Source: an uncultured Chloroflexia bacterium (GTDB lineage: Bacteria > Chloroflexota > Limnocylindria > Limnocylindrales > CSP1-4). Taken from it: a stretch of 64,000 bases of DNA. Position 1 is the stretch's first letter; each line of letters begins with the position of its first letter. The translations under genes and the position numbers were made by a program. Under the pieces are notes generated by a model. That model saw only the letters and a list, made by a program, of their open reading frames with translations, was not told where the DNA came from and did not search any database. The DNA is taken from the NCBI GenBank assembly GCA_963833225.1, contig CAWHXD010000008.1:448001-512000 (forward strand), written 5' to 3'. This document shows positions 9,836-20,040 of this stretch, piece by piece.

Positions 9836-10322
9836 ATGGCAGACCCAACGGGCAATGAGCAGGCGGCAGCAGTCGAGCCCGGCGATCCGCAACCCGTCTT
9901 CGTCCCGGCGGGCTCGGGCAGGGTGCTGGACTTCCTCGGGGTGACGCACCGGCTCACGAGCGAGCAATCCGGGGGTGCCATCTGCATCTTCGAATCGTCG
10001 TTCGAGCCGGGAGACGGCAACCGGCTCCACGTGCACAGCCGCGAAGACGAGATCGCGTATGTGCTCGAGGGGGCGCTGGAGGTTCGCCTCCCCGATCGGA
10101 CCGCCATCCTGGAGGCGGGCGGCGTCGGGACGCCTGCCGAAGGGCCTTCCCCATGCGATCCGCAATCCGCTCGAGCGGTCATCGCGCTACCTGTTCCTGG
10201 CCGTTCCCGGTGGGATCGACCGGTGGTTCGATGCTGTCGCCGAGGCCAACGCCAAGGGTTCCCTCGACGATGGGCTGTACCGAAGGCTCTCCGACGAGTT
10301 CGGGCTCGGCTGGCTGGAGTAG
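9836..10322 (+). CDS. Cupin-domain protein (QdoI-like), frameshifted at ~10130
   Basis: HVHSREDE..YVLEG in one frame, continuing as PKGLPHAIRN after one extra base. Confidence 0.85.
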
Positions 10323-10463
10323 CCGGGTCGGTCGCCCGGCCGGCCGGGCGAGCTGGGGGCCCAGCGAGCGGCCTGTGACCAGCGTCGCGACCCGCCCGGC
10401 GCTCGACTACACTTCGGGCATCAAGGGCGGTTGATCCTGCGAACTACCGGAAGCGTTCCGCGC

Positions 10464-11303
10464 ATGACCCACCTCGACGACGATCCCCGCGTCATCGCCC
10501 CCCAGGCGCGCGAGTACAACGCGACGCTGGTCAAGCGCGTGGACTACACGCCGGAGCTCGCCTCGTTCTGGATCAAGGCCGACGAGACCGCGCCGTTCAA
10601 GGCGGGCCAGTACGTCACCGTGGGCATCGTCGCGGACCACCGGCTGTGGCAGCGTCCGTACTCGGTGGCATCGCCGCCGCGAGTGGCCGCCACCGAAGGC
10701 TACGAGCTCTACGTCCGGCACATCCCGGTCGTCCGCTTCACGTCGCTCCTGTGGCGCCTCCAGCCCGGTGCGCGCCTGGAGGTGAGCAAGCCCGAAGGCG
10801 GGTCCACCCTTGAGCCGGCGGATCACCGTCCCCGCCTCTACGTGTCCGGGGGCACCGCGATCGCGCCCATGATGTCGCTGTTGTGGGAGCGGCTGATGAC
10901 GGGGCGACCGGTCGACACCGTGCTCGTCAACGGCGTCTCCTACGTCTCCGACCTCGGCTATCGCGATGTCCTGGAGGGACTGGAGAGAGACGGCACCTAC
11001 CCCCTGCACTACGTGCCCACGATCTCCCGGCCCGACGACCCGCGGAACCACGGATGGCGGGGGCGGATCGGCCGCGTCGAGGACGTCCTTGAGGCCGTCT
11101 GCTCCGTGCATGGGATCCAGGGCGACAGGACCGTCGCCTACGTGGCCGGGAACCCGGACATGGTCGACGCGGTCACCGGGATGCTCGAGGCCCGTGGCTT
11201 TCCACTCCAGTCCGTGCACCGCGAGCTGTACTGGCCCAAGGGACCGGAGCGCCCGGAGTGGATGCGCCGCTCGCCGCTCAAGGACATGACCGGTGCGGAC
11301 TGA
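10464..11303 (+). CDS. Ferredoxin-NADP+ reductase-like flavoprotein
   Basis: FKAGQY, RPYS (FAD binding), GGTAIAP, YVPTISR, YVAGNPDM. Confidence 0.88.
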   Translation: MTHLDDDPRVIAPQAREYNATLVKRVDYTPELASFWIKADETAPFKAGQYVTVGIVADHRLWQRPYSVASPPRVAATEGYELYVRHIPVVRFTSLLWRLQPGARLEVSKPEGGSTLEPADHRPRLYVSGGTAIAPMMSLLWERLMTGRPVDTVLVNGVSYVSDLGYRDVLEGLERDGTYPLHYVPTISRPDDPRNHGWRGRIGRVEDVLEAVCSVHGIQGDRTVAYVAGNPDMVDAVTGMLEARGFPLQSVHRELYWPKGPERPEWMRRSPLKDMTGAD

Positions 11304-11309
11304 GTCAGC

Positions 11310-11888
11310 TCAGCCGGTCTCCGCTGCGGCGCCCGGCCCCGCGGGCTCCCGCAGGATGGCGCGGCACAGGACAGCCTGCTCCCGGGCATCGTCGAGCGCC
11401 TCGTGGGTGTGCGGAAGATGGACGGGATACCGCTCGAGCATCCGGACGCGACCGGTTTCGCCCCAGCGCGAAATCTCGGGCAGGTTGCGCCCGAGATAGA
11501 GAGCCTTGATGTCGAGCGCCGAGGGGCCGAACGGATTGCGCCCCAGGTACCGCCAGAACGCGTCGGCCATGAACATCCAGTCGAACGCCGCGTTGAGCGC
11601 CACGAACACAGGGCGCGATCCGGCGGGCACGACCTCCCGGAGCCAGGCGTCGAACCTGGCCAGTCCCACGGCGGGCTCGAGGCCGTCGCGCTCGAGCGTG
11701 GCCCGGTCGAGCCCGTGGATCGCCTGGGCGTCGTCGGTCCACGGGAGCCCCGGCTCCGGGCGCAGGTGGATCTCGATCCCGCGCGTCTCGTCCTCGACCA
11801 GGCAGGCGCCGATGGCGAGCAGGCTGCCGGTGTGCGGCGTGGGTCCCGACGTCTCGACGTCGACGCTGATCCAGGTCTCGGCGACCAT
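11310..11888 (-). CDS. DEDDh 3'-5' exonuclease (Cap18-like family)
   Basis: ExoI ISVDVETSGP, ExoII NAAFD, ExoIII HEALDDA, plus RNPFG..ALDIKALY. GAAGGAGG RBS. Confidence 0.88.
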   Translation of the reverse strand: MVAETWISVDVETSGPTPHTGSLLAIGACLVEDETRGIEIHLRPEPGLPWTDDAQAIHGLDRATLERDGLEPAVGLARFDAWLREVVPAGSRPVFVALNAAFDWMFMADAFWRYLGRNPFGPSALDIKALYLGRNLPEISRWGETGRVRMLERYPVHLPHTHEALDDAREQAVLCRAILREPAGPGAAAETG

Positions 11889-11993
11889 TGGCCTCCTTCG
11901 AGTTGGTGTTCGCCGGATACTAGCGAGGACCGGCATCCAGGGGCGCCGGGGGCACGCGCAGCGAGCCGGGCGACCCCGCTGGAGGAACGTGGC

Positions 11994-13313
11994 ATGACGG
12001 ACGACGAGACAGCGGCCCTGGCGGGCATCATCGAGTCGGCGCACCGGCTGGGAGTGGAGCTCGACGAGACCGAGGCGGCCGAGTGGGTCGCCGCGCTCGC
12101 GGTCGAATCGGTTGGCGGCGACGTGGTGGTGGACGTCGATTCCGGGGTCTTCGGCCACCGGGCGAGCATGCTCGACTTCACGCCCGGCGATCTCGCGCGC
12201 TTCCGGGCCATGGGCGAGGTCGTTGGCTTCCCGGACCGGCTGCCCGAGGTCCGCACCGCGCTCGCGCTGTCCGGTTCCGCGGCCCAGGGCCGGGTCCAGG
12301 CGTACCCGGGCGACTGCGACTTCTTCGAGCGGATCCACATCACCGCGCCGACTCGAGAGGCCGCCTGCGAGCGGCTCGCGTTCGAGATGCGCGACAAGGC
12401 GCTGTCCACGCGTGTCGGACCCACGTTCCGGCTGTGGGAGGTCAAGTTCGGCAGCTACCCGTTCGACGGCGAGCGCGCCGGCAAGGCCGTCTCGCAGGGC
12501 AGCCCGATCAGCTGGACGGCGGACGAGGTCGCGACGGGCGCGATCGTGGTCCACCGCGATGGCGAGCCCGTCACGGTGACCTGGGAGGACGCCTCGGCCG
12601 AGCCCGGCTGGTGCAAGCTGGACTGGATCGTGGCCGACCCGGAGCGGCAGGCCCTTGCCAACGCCTCGAACATGCTGGACGTCACCTGGGAGGCTCCCGA
12701 CGGCACGATCGAGCCGCTCGACGGCTTCGTGGACCCGTACTTCCAGGAGATCTACCTGGAGCCCGAGTCGCTGCCGCTGTTCCAGAAGCTGATCGGCGAG
12801 CTGGCAACGGACTCGGTCGAGACGTACGTGGGTCAGCTCGAGCACGAGGTGGTCAAGTACGCGACGGAGCATCCGAACTGGGGCAAGGTGGCGCGCCGCC
12901 TGTACAACATCTTCCGGCTCACCGGCCGCTACCCGGAGGCCGTCTACCTGCGGGAGCTGTTCGACGAGCCGACCACGGTGCTGTACCAGGTCGCGGCGCT
13001 TGTCAGGACGCTCGATGAGGCGGATCGCCCCGGCGCCGGCTTCGACGTCGACATCATGCTCCGCCAGACCGACGACCTGATCATGTCGGCGATCGCCGCG
13101 CTCGAGGGCCGCTCCGAGGCCGAGATGGTCCGCCACCTGCTCGCGCTGCGGGACAACCTCCAGGCTCGGCGCGGGGCCGCCGGACGGACGGGCGACGTGA
13201 GCAGCGTGAAGGACCAGGCCATGGAGGCGGTCAACGAGTACTTCGCGAAGCGGCTGTTCGCCGTCCCGACGATCAAGGACTACATCGACGGGCTGGTCGC
13301 GGCGGACGCGTGA
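11994..13313 (+). CDS. Uncharacterised Pol-beta-superfamily nucleotidyltransferase-like protein
   Basis: LSGS-x10-DCDF motif, candidate third Asp in KLDW, helical C-terminal half. GGAGG RBS. Confidence 0.65.
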   Translation: MTDDETAALAGIIESAHRLGVELDETEAAEWVAALAVESVGGDVVVDVDSGVFGHRASMLDFTPGDLARFRAMGEVVGFPDRLPEVRTALALSGSAAQGRVQAYPGDCDFFERIHITAPTREAACERLAFEMRDKALSTRVGPTFRLWEVKFGSYPFDGERAGKAVSQGSPISWTADEVATGAIVVHRDGEPVTVTWEDASAEPGWCKLDWIVADPERQALANASNMLDVTWEAPDGTIEPLDGFVDPYFQEIYLEPESLPLFQKLIGELATDSVETYVGQLEHEVVKYATEHPNWGKVARRLYNIFRLTGRYPEAVYLRELFDEPTTVLYQVAALVRTLDEADRPGAGFDVDIMLRQTDDLIMSAIAALEGRSEAEMVRHLLALRDNLQARRGAAGRTGDVSSVKDQAMEAVNEYFAKRLFAVPTIKDYIDGLVAADA

Positions 13314-13328
13314 GCGGAGGGGCATGAC

Positions 13329-14778
13329 GTGAGCAGGATCGTGGGTGGGTCACCCGGTCGACCGACAGCCCCGGCCTGGCGCTCGGTCACCCGGCGGGTC
13401 GTGGCCGGCCTGCTGGTCACGGTGGTTGCCGGTGGCTGCGCCTCGCCACCGCCACCGCTGACCCCGGACGAGGCGGCGGGCCTCGTGACCGCGGCGGACA
13501 TCGCCGCCCATCTCGACGCGATCGCGGCGATTGCCCAGGACCAGGCGGGCACGCGTGGCACGGGGAGTCCTGGCAATCTCGCGACGGCCGAGTACGCCGA
13601 GCGGGTGCTGGCCGATCTCGGCTACGCGCCCACGGTTGTCCCCCTGACGACCTTCGTGTTCGAGGACCCGGGTGGCAGCGAGGTGGCGATTGCCGGCGGT
13701 CCGACCTTCTCGGATGGCTCGCAGGTGCTGTCGCAGATGTTCTCTCCCGCGGGGGTGGCCGAGGGTCCGATCGTGGACCTGGGCTGGGACCCAGCGGCCC
13801 GCGTCGCCGACGGAGCCGGCTGTGATCCTGCCGACTTCACCGGGCTGACACCAGGGGCCATCGTCCTGACGCGCCCCGCCCCGTGCTTCCGGCGCGTGGT
13901 GCTGGAGAACGCCCAGGCGGCCGGAGCGGGAGCGCTCGTGACCGCGACGCCATCGACGGGTCCGGGCGAGATCCGCCGGTCCACGCTGGTCACCCCTGCC
14001 GGTCTCTCGATCCCGGCGGTGGCCGTCTCGCGCGACGTCGCCGAGGCGCTCGCCGACGGCGCTGCCCGCGGGGGACGAGCGCGCGTGACCACAACCGGCG
14101 CCAGCCGGGAGACATCCCTGAAGTCCGTGCTCGCGGAGCGCACCGGGGCCGATCCGTCGCGGATCGTGATGCTCGGGGCGCACCTGGATTCGAGCCTCGA
14201 CGGTCCTGGGCTCAACGACGACGGATCCGGCGTGGCGGCACTCCTGGCCATCGCGCGGGCCTTCAGCGAGGCCACACCGAGTGCGACGCTCCGGTTCGCG
14301 TTCTGGGCCGCGGAGGAGACCGGACTCCACGGCTCCAGCAGCTACGTGCATGCCCTGTCCGAGGTCGAGCGGGCGCGCATCGTCGGGTATCTGAATGCGG
14401 ACATGCTCGCGTCGCCGAACGGCTTCGCGGGTGTGTACGACGAGCCGGCGGCACCCCCGGGATCGGCGGCTGATCCGTGACCGCCTGGCCGCCGCCCTCG
14501 ACGCCGCCGGTGTCGCCTGGGAACCCGTGGACACGGGCCTCGGTGCCGATCACGCCCCGTTCGCGGCTGCAGGGATCCCCACCGGGGGCGTCTTCGCGGG
14601 CGCGTCCGAACAGCTCACCGCAGCCCAGGCGCAACGCTCGGGCGGCCGTGCCGGGGTCCCCGCCGATGCCTGCTACCACCTCGCCTGCGACGACCGCGCG
14701 AACCCGAACGAGGCACTCCTGCTGGAGCTCGCGCGGGCCCTCGCGTGGGCTGCCGCGGACCTCGCCACGTCGCGCTAG
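13329..14778 (+). CDS. M28 aminopeptidase lipoprotein with PA domain, frameshifted at ~14469
   Basis: Lipobox AGGC; GAHLDS; GLNDDGSG; WAAEE; DHAPF; CYHLACD. Confidence 0.88.
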
Positions 14779-14892
14779 AGCGGCACCGCGACCGCGGGGT
14801 GCAGCCCTGGTCTCCGCACGCGGCTGGTCGAGCCCGCCCGCCGGTATGCTGGCGGGTGAGCACGCCGATCACGTCTACCGCGGGAGCCTCAC

Positions 14893-16167
14893 ATGCCTGA
14901 CCTGCCGGACCTCATTCCCCTCGAGATCGCCCAGGCCCACGTGCTCGACGGCGTCGCGCCGCTACCGTCCGAGACGGTCGACCTCGCCGACGCTCCGGGC
15001 TTCGTCCTCGCGGAGCCGGTCCGCTCGATCCTGACGGTGCCATCGTGGCCAAACAGCGCGATGGACGGGTTCGCCGTCCGGGGCGCCGACATCATGACCG
15101 CATCGGCGTCCAGCCCGGTCGTCCTGCGGGTCCTGGGCGAGGTTGCGGCAGGACGTCCGCCCGAGATGGGCGTGGATGCGGGGACGGCGATCCGGATCAT
15201 GACCGGCGCGATGCTGCCGGACGGGGCGGACACGGTGGTCCCGGTCGAGGACACCGATGCGCCCGTGGGCGCCTCCGAGATCCCCGCCAGCGTCGCGATC
15301 TACGCTCCGGTCAAGGTTGGCGACCACATCCGCCTGCCCGGGAGCGATGTCACCGCGGACGCCCCCATCCTGGGCGCGGGTCGCGCCTGTGACGCGGCGG
15401 CGATCGCGCTCCTCGCTGCCACCGGCCATGCGTCGGTGGCGGTGCATCGGCGGCCGAGGGTTGCGGTGATCTCCACCGGCGACGAGCTGGTGCCCCCGGG
15501 CCAGCCGCTGGGACCCGGCCAGATCCACGACTCCAACTCGCTCACGCTCGCGACCCAGGCGGCCGAGGCGGGCGCCGAGGTCCGGCGCCTGGGCGTGGCC
15601 CGGGACACGCTCGACGGGCTGCTGACCGTGCTCCGCGAGGGGGCTGCCTGGGCCGACGTGGTCATCCTCAGCGGCGGCGTCTCGGTGGGAGCCCACGACC
15701 ACGTGAAGGCCGCCTTCGCCACGCTCGGCGACCTGGCGCTGTGGCGGGTGGCGATCAAGCCCGGACGCCCATTCGCGTTTGGGCGGGCCACGATCGAGGG
15801 ACGCGACGTCCGGCTGTTCGGGCTCCCCGGGAACCCGGTGAGCGTGTTCGTGACGTTCGAGCTGTTCGTGCGGCCGGTCCTGCGCCGGCTCGCGGGCCAT
15901 CCCCGGGCGTTCGGCCGGTCCACGCGGATCGTCCGCCTCGCCGAGCCCATGCGCGGCTCGTCGGGCCGCCAGCACATCACGAGGGTCGTGCTGGTCGCGG
16001 ACCCGGACCGGCCGGACGGGCTCCTCGCCCGATCGTCGGGCGGCCAGGACTCGTACATGCTGGCCTCGCTGGCGGCGGCCAACGCGATGATCTTCATCCC
16101 GCCCGACGCGGACCTTCCGGCCGGGGCGGAGGTGGTGGCCTGGGAGCTGCGGGACCGCGAGGACTGA
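14893..16167 (+). CDS. moeA: Molybdopterin molybdo/tungstotransferase
   Basis: SAMDGFA, IMTGA, STGDEL, SGGVSVG, KPGRP, GLPGNPVS. Confidence 0.95.
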   Translation: MPDLPDLIPLEIAQAHVLDGVAPLPSETVDLADAPGFVLAEPVRSILTVPSWPNSAMDGFAVRGADIMTASASSPVVLRVLGEVAAGRPPEMGVDAGTAIRIMTGAMLPDGADTVVPVEDTDAPVGASEIPASVAIYAPVKVGDHIRLPGSDVTADAPILGAGRACDAAAIALLAATGHASVAVHRRPRVAVISTGDELVPPGQPLGPGQIHDSNSLTLATQAAEAGAEVRRLGVARDTLDGLLTVLREGAAWADVVILSGGVSVGAHDHVKAAFATLGDLALWRVAIKPGRPFAFGRATIEGRDVRLFGLPGNPVSVFVTFELFVRPVLRRLAGHPRAFGRSTRIVRLAEPMRGSSGRQHITRVVLVADPDRPDGLLARSSGGQDSYMLASLAAANAMIFIPPDADLPAGAEVVAWELRDRED

Positions 16168-16235
16168 GGCGGGACGGGCAACCCGGGGGCGCGGCGGGAC
16201 GCGGGCGGAGTGGAGAGCGCGGCGAACGCGGCGAC

Positions 16236-16472
16236 TCAGCCCCCGCTCGAGGGTGGGAAGCAGTCGATCCGGTCGCGATCCGCCAGGGTGATCCGGGCCT
16301 CGCCCAGGCGGACGACCTCGCCGTTGACGGCGAACACGGCGATGTCGGCCTCCGGGACCCCCATCAGGCGCAGCGCGTCGGACGCGGGCATCTCGTCGGG
16401 CAGCGGGAACTCGAACCGCGCCTGCTTGCCCGGCCCGTAGAAGCCGAGCTCGCCCCAGAGGTGGACCTTCAT
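16236..16472 (-). CDS. MoaD/ThiS-family sulfur carrier
   Basis: 78 aa with a VNG motif and C-terminal PPSSGG. Confidence 0.88.
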   Translation of the reverse strand: MKVHLWGELGFYGPGKQARFEFPLPDEMPASDALRLMGVPEADIAVFAVNGEVVRLGEARITLADRDRIDCFPPSSGG

Positions 16473-16488
16473 GCCGGCGGCGACCGGC

Positions 16489-18399
16489 TCAGCCGGCACC
16501 TGCCGGCGACTCGACCGTCCAGTCCAGGCCGAGGGCGTGCAGCCGCTCGGCCGTCGGGGCGCCGGTGACCGGGTCCCAGCCCTTGAGCTCGTAGAGCGCC
16601 GTGATCGCCGCCTCGAACGCCTCGCGATCGATGGACCGGCCGGTGAGCGGGCCGCCCTCGAGAGGGGTGTAGAGGCGGCCGGGCAGGCGGTCGTCGCCGC
16701 GCGTGAACCCCTCGCGGTTGTTGAACACGCGGGCCATGTTCACGGCCCGCTCGCCAATGTCGAGCAGCTCGTCCACCGTGACGTCCCAGCCGGTCGCGGC
16801 ACGCACGGCCGCCACCACGTCCTCGACCTGGATGAAGGACCGCGGGGCCGGACCGAAGAAGCACAGCCCCAGGACCTTCTCGGCGCTGTTCCAGCGCTCG
16901 CCGGTGTACCAGTTGCCCACCTTCGCGTCGCCCAGCGAGAACACGTCGGCGGGCTCGATGCCGCCAAGGGGGATGGCGCCCTTGAACGGCACCAATTCGG
17001 GGTTCACGAAGATCGGGTCGTGGAACCCGACGAGGTGGTCCGCGCCGGCCTCGTTGGTCGCGTAGCCGAGAGCCACGCCGGTCTTGCCGCGCGGCTCGTG
17101 CATCGCGAGCTCCAGGCCCTTGACCTGCATCGCGAACGCCAGCGCGTCGCCGCCGAGCTGCTCGGCGATCCGGCGTGAGCCAAGGGCAAGCAGCTCCCCG
17201 ATCCCCCGCCGGTCGGCGATCAGCGGCAGCGACTCGAGGAGCGCCTCGCCGTTGCCAAAGCGCAGGTCCACGCCGTGCAGCTCGTCGGGCCCGACCAGGC
17301 CGTGCTCCACGCACTCCATGACGAAGGCGACGGTGCCCGCGGTCGAGATGACGTCGAGGCCAAGCTCGTTGCACAGCTCGTTGGCCCGGGCCACCAGCTC
17401 CATGTCGAAGATCGCACAGTTGGAGCCGAACCCGGCGATCGCCTCGTACTCGGGTCCGTCGTAGGTGTCCGTGACGCGGTAGCGCTGGCCCTCGAAGGCT
17501 GTCTCGGGCTTGCACCGGACGGCGCAGGCATAGCAGGAGCGGGTCCCGCTCCGGATCGCCTCGAACGCGGCCCAGCCGATCTGCTCCACCTGCTCGAACG
17601 ACCCCAGCCGGAAGTTCCGGGTGGGCAGGATCCCGGCCGCGTTGAGGCCGTCCGTGAGCCCGGGCGTGCCCTTGGTGCGCAGGTCCCAGCCCTGGGGATG
17701 CTCGGGGATCGTCTTGGACAGGCGCCTGCCGATCTCGCCCAGCGCCGCGGCGTCGTTGGCGAGCTCGCCGTACTTGTGGGACCCCTTGACGGCGATGGCC
17801 CGGACGTTCTTGGAGCCCATCACGGCACCCATGCCGGTCCGGCCGTTGTAGTGACGGAGCTCGTTCATGAGCATCGCGTACGGGACGAGGTTCTCGCCGG
17901 CGCGGCCGATCTGGAGGACGCGGCACAGCTTCTCGCCGGTCTCCTCCTTGATCGCGGCCTGCACCGCGGGCGGGTCCTGGCCCCACAGGGCGCGGGCATC
18001 GCGGATCTCGGCGACGCCGTCCCGGATCCAGAGCCAGACCGGGTGTGGCGAGCGACCGGTGAGGATGATCGCGTCGAGGCCCGCCATCTTGAGCTCCGGG
18101 CCCCAGTAGCCGCCGGCCTCCAATTCGCCGAAGCCGCCGGTCAGCGGCGAGCGGGCGATCGCGTTGAAGCGGGTGGCGGTGGACACGGGAGCGCCCGTCA
18201 ACAGGCCCGCGGCGAGGATGAGCACGTTGTCCGGCCCCAGCGGGTCCGCACCGGCGGGCATCTCGCGGAGCAGGTGGTACGCGGCCAGGGCCTTGCCGCC
18301 CGGGTAGCGCCGGTAGAAGGCCTCGTCGAAGGTCTCGATCTCGGTCGTGCCGCTGGTGAGATCGACCCGGAGGATCGCCCCGTTGCTGCCGAATGCCAT
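16489..18399 (-). CDS. aor: Tungsten aldehyde:ferredoxin oxidoreductase family protein
   Basis: SPLTG, GRTGMGAVMGSKN, CYACAVRC, GPEYE, GLDVIS, GADH, LCFF. Confidence 0.93.
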   Translation of the reverse strand: MAFGSNGAILRVDLTSGTTEIETFDEAFYRRYPGGKALAAYHLLREMPAGADPLGPDNVLILAAGLLTGAPVSTATRFNAIARSPLTGGFGELEAGGYWGPELKMAGLDAIILTGRSPHPVWLWIRDGVAEIRDARALWGQDPPAVQAAIKEETGEKLCRVLQIGRAGENLVPYAMLMNELRHYNGRTGMGAVMGSKNVRAIAVKGSHKYGELANDAAALGEIGRRLSKTIPEHPQGWDLRTKGTPGLTDGLNAAGILPTRNFRLGSFEQVEQIGWAAFEAIRSGTRSCYACAVRCKPETAFEGQRYRVTDTYDGPEYEAIAGFGSNCAIFDMELVARANELCNELGLDVISTAGTVAFVMECVEHGLVGPDELHGVDLRFGNGEALLESLPLIADRRGIGELLALGSRRIAEQLGGDALAFAMQVKGLELAMHEPRGKTGVALGYATNEAGADHLVGFHDPIFVNPELVPFKGAIPLGGIEPADVFSLGDAKVGNWYTGERWNSAEKVLGLCFFGPAPRSFIQVEDVVAAVRAATGWDVTVDELLDIGERAVNMARVFNNREGFTRGDDRLPGRLYTPLEGGPLTGRSIDREAFEAAITALYELKGWDPVTGAPTAERLHALGLDWTVESPAGAG

Positions 18400-18453
18400 C
18401 GAAGCCCTCCGCGCCTGCCCTCGCCCGCACCGCGGGCAAGTCGCCTGCCTACA

Positions 18454-19383
18454 TCATGCCCCGGCGCGGTCCCCGGTGTCGTGGCCGGGCGCTGCCCGTT
18501 GCGTGGTCCGGTGGGTATCGAGGAGCCGCCGCGCGCGGGCGTCGATGTCGGTGCCGGTCCCGGCCCCCGTGTCGACCACGACGAGCCCGTCCTCGGACGC
18601 CACGACCTGCCCCCGCACCCGTGCCTCGGTGTGGACGACCGCCGCGACCTCGTCGTCGACCGGTGACGCCACGACCCGTTCCGGGACGTCGCACTGGCGG
18701 ATCCGGCCGCCGAGCAGGACCGCCAGGCGGTCCCCCAGCCGCGCGGCCTCGTGCAGGTGATGGGTCACCAGCACGCGCGTCGCCGGGACCTCCGTCCGCA
18801 GCCGCTCGAAGTCATCGAGCAGGCGCGCGCGCGTTCCGCTGTCGAGCGCCACGAACGGCTCGTCGAGGAGCAGCAGCTGGGGATCAAGGACGAGCGCACG
18901 GGCCAGGCTCGTGCGCTGCGCCTCGCCGCTCGAGAGCTGGCTGGCGGGCCGGTCGCGCAGGTGGGCGATCGCCAGCCGGTCCAGCCAGTGATCGACCCGG
19001 TCGCGGATCTCGGCGGCGCCGACGCCCCGGAACCGGAGCCCGGCCGCAACGTTTCCGAACACCGATGTCGAGAGCAGGAGGGGCGCGGGCAGCACGAGGC
19101 CGATGGTCCGCCGATAGGCCAGCTCCCTGGCGGGCACCACCGGACGGTCCCGGAACAGGAACGTGCCCTCGTCCGGGCGGAGCAGGCCGGCCAGCGCCAG
19201 GAGGAGCGTGCTCTTCCCGGCACCGTTGGGGCCCACGATCGCCAGCGTCTCGCCATCCCGGATCACGAGCTCATCGATATCGAGGATCCGGCGGTTCGCA
19301 CGGGTGACCTGGAGGTCGTTCACCTCGAGCAGCGCGGGGCCAGGCGTCCGCGGGGCCACCCGCGCGGTCACCAACCCGGTCAC
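18454..19383 (-). CDS. tupC: Tungstate ABC transporter ATPase
   Basis: GPNGAGKS, LSSGE, LLLDEP, H-loop. Overlaps the permease gene. Confidence 0.88.
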   Translation of the reverse strand: MTGLVTARVAPRTPGPALLEVNDLQVTRANRRILDIDELVIRDGETLAIVGPNGAGKSTLLLALAGLLRPDEGTFLFRDRPVVPARELAYRRTIGLVLPAPLLLSTSVFGNVAAGLRFRGVGAAEIRDRVDHWLDRLAIAHLRDRPASQLSSGEAQRTSLARALVLDPQLLLLDEPFVALDSGTRARLLDDFERLRTEVPATRVLVTHHLHEAARLGDRLAVLLGGRIRQCDVPERVVASPVDDEVAAVVHTEARVRGQVVASEDGLVVVDTGAGTGTDIDARARRLLDTHRTTQRAAPGHDTGDRAGA

Positions 19384-20027
19384 CGGCGCGGACCCCGCTG
19401 CTGCGCCCAGGTCAGGACGCCGTTGACCATGAACGCGAGGGCGAGCAGGACGAGGCCCAGGACGATGGCGTTGCCAAACTCGCCGCGTCCCGTCTCGAGC
19501 ACGATGGAGGTGGTCAGCACGCGCGTCTGGCCCGAGATGTTGCCGCCGACCATCATCGCGGCGCCCACCTCGGAGATGACGCTGCCGAAGGCGGCCATCA
19601 CGGCGGCCAGCAGCGACAGGCGCGCCTCCCGCCACAGCCACCACACCATCTGCCAGCGCGAGGCCCCCAGTCCCTGGAGCTGGAGCTGGAGCCGCGGATC
19701 GAGCTGGCCGAGGCCGGCCGCGGTCAGGCCGATCACGACGGGCGCCGCGATCACCGTCTCGGCGATCACCATGGCACCCGGCGTGTACATCAGGCCCAGC
19801 CCGCCGAGGATGCCGCTGCGCCACAGCAGGATCGCGATGAACAGGCCGGCGACCACCGGCGGCAGGGCCATCCCCGTGTTCACCACGCTGAGCACGATGC
19901 GCCGCGACCGGAACACGGACAGGGCGAGCCAGGTGCCGACCGGCAGGCCGACCAGCAGGCTGACCAGCGTCGCCGCGCCCGAGACGGCAAGCGAGAGCAG
20001 CGTGATCTCGACGAGGTCGCTGCTCAT
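19380..20027 (-). CDS. tupB: Tungstate ABC transporter permease
   Basis: GMALPPVVAGL...FGSVISEVGAAMMVGGNI...TRVLTTSIVLET. Confidence 0.93.
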   Translation of the reverse strand: MSSDLVEITLLSLAVSGAATLVSLLVGLPVGTWLALSVFRSRRIVLSVVNTGMALPPVVAGLFIAILLWRSGILGGLGLMYTPGAMVIAETVIAAPVVIGLTAAGLGQLDPRLQLQLQGLGASRWQMVWWLWREARLSLLAAVMAAFGSVISEVGAAMMVGGNISGQTRVLTTSIVLETGRGEFGNAIVLGLVLLALAFMVNGVLTWAQQRGPRR

Positions 20028-20040
20028 GGCGATTCCGGGA

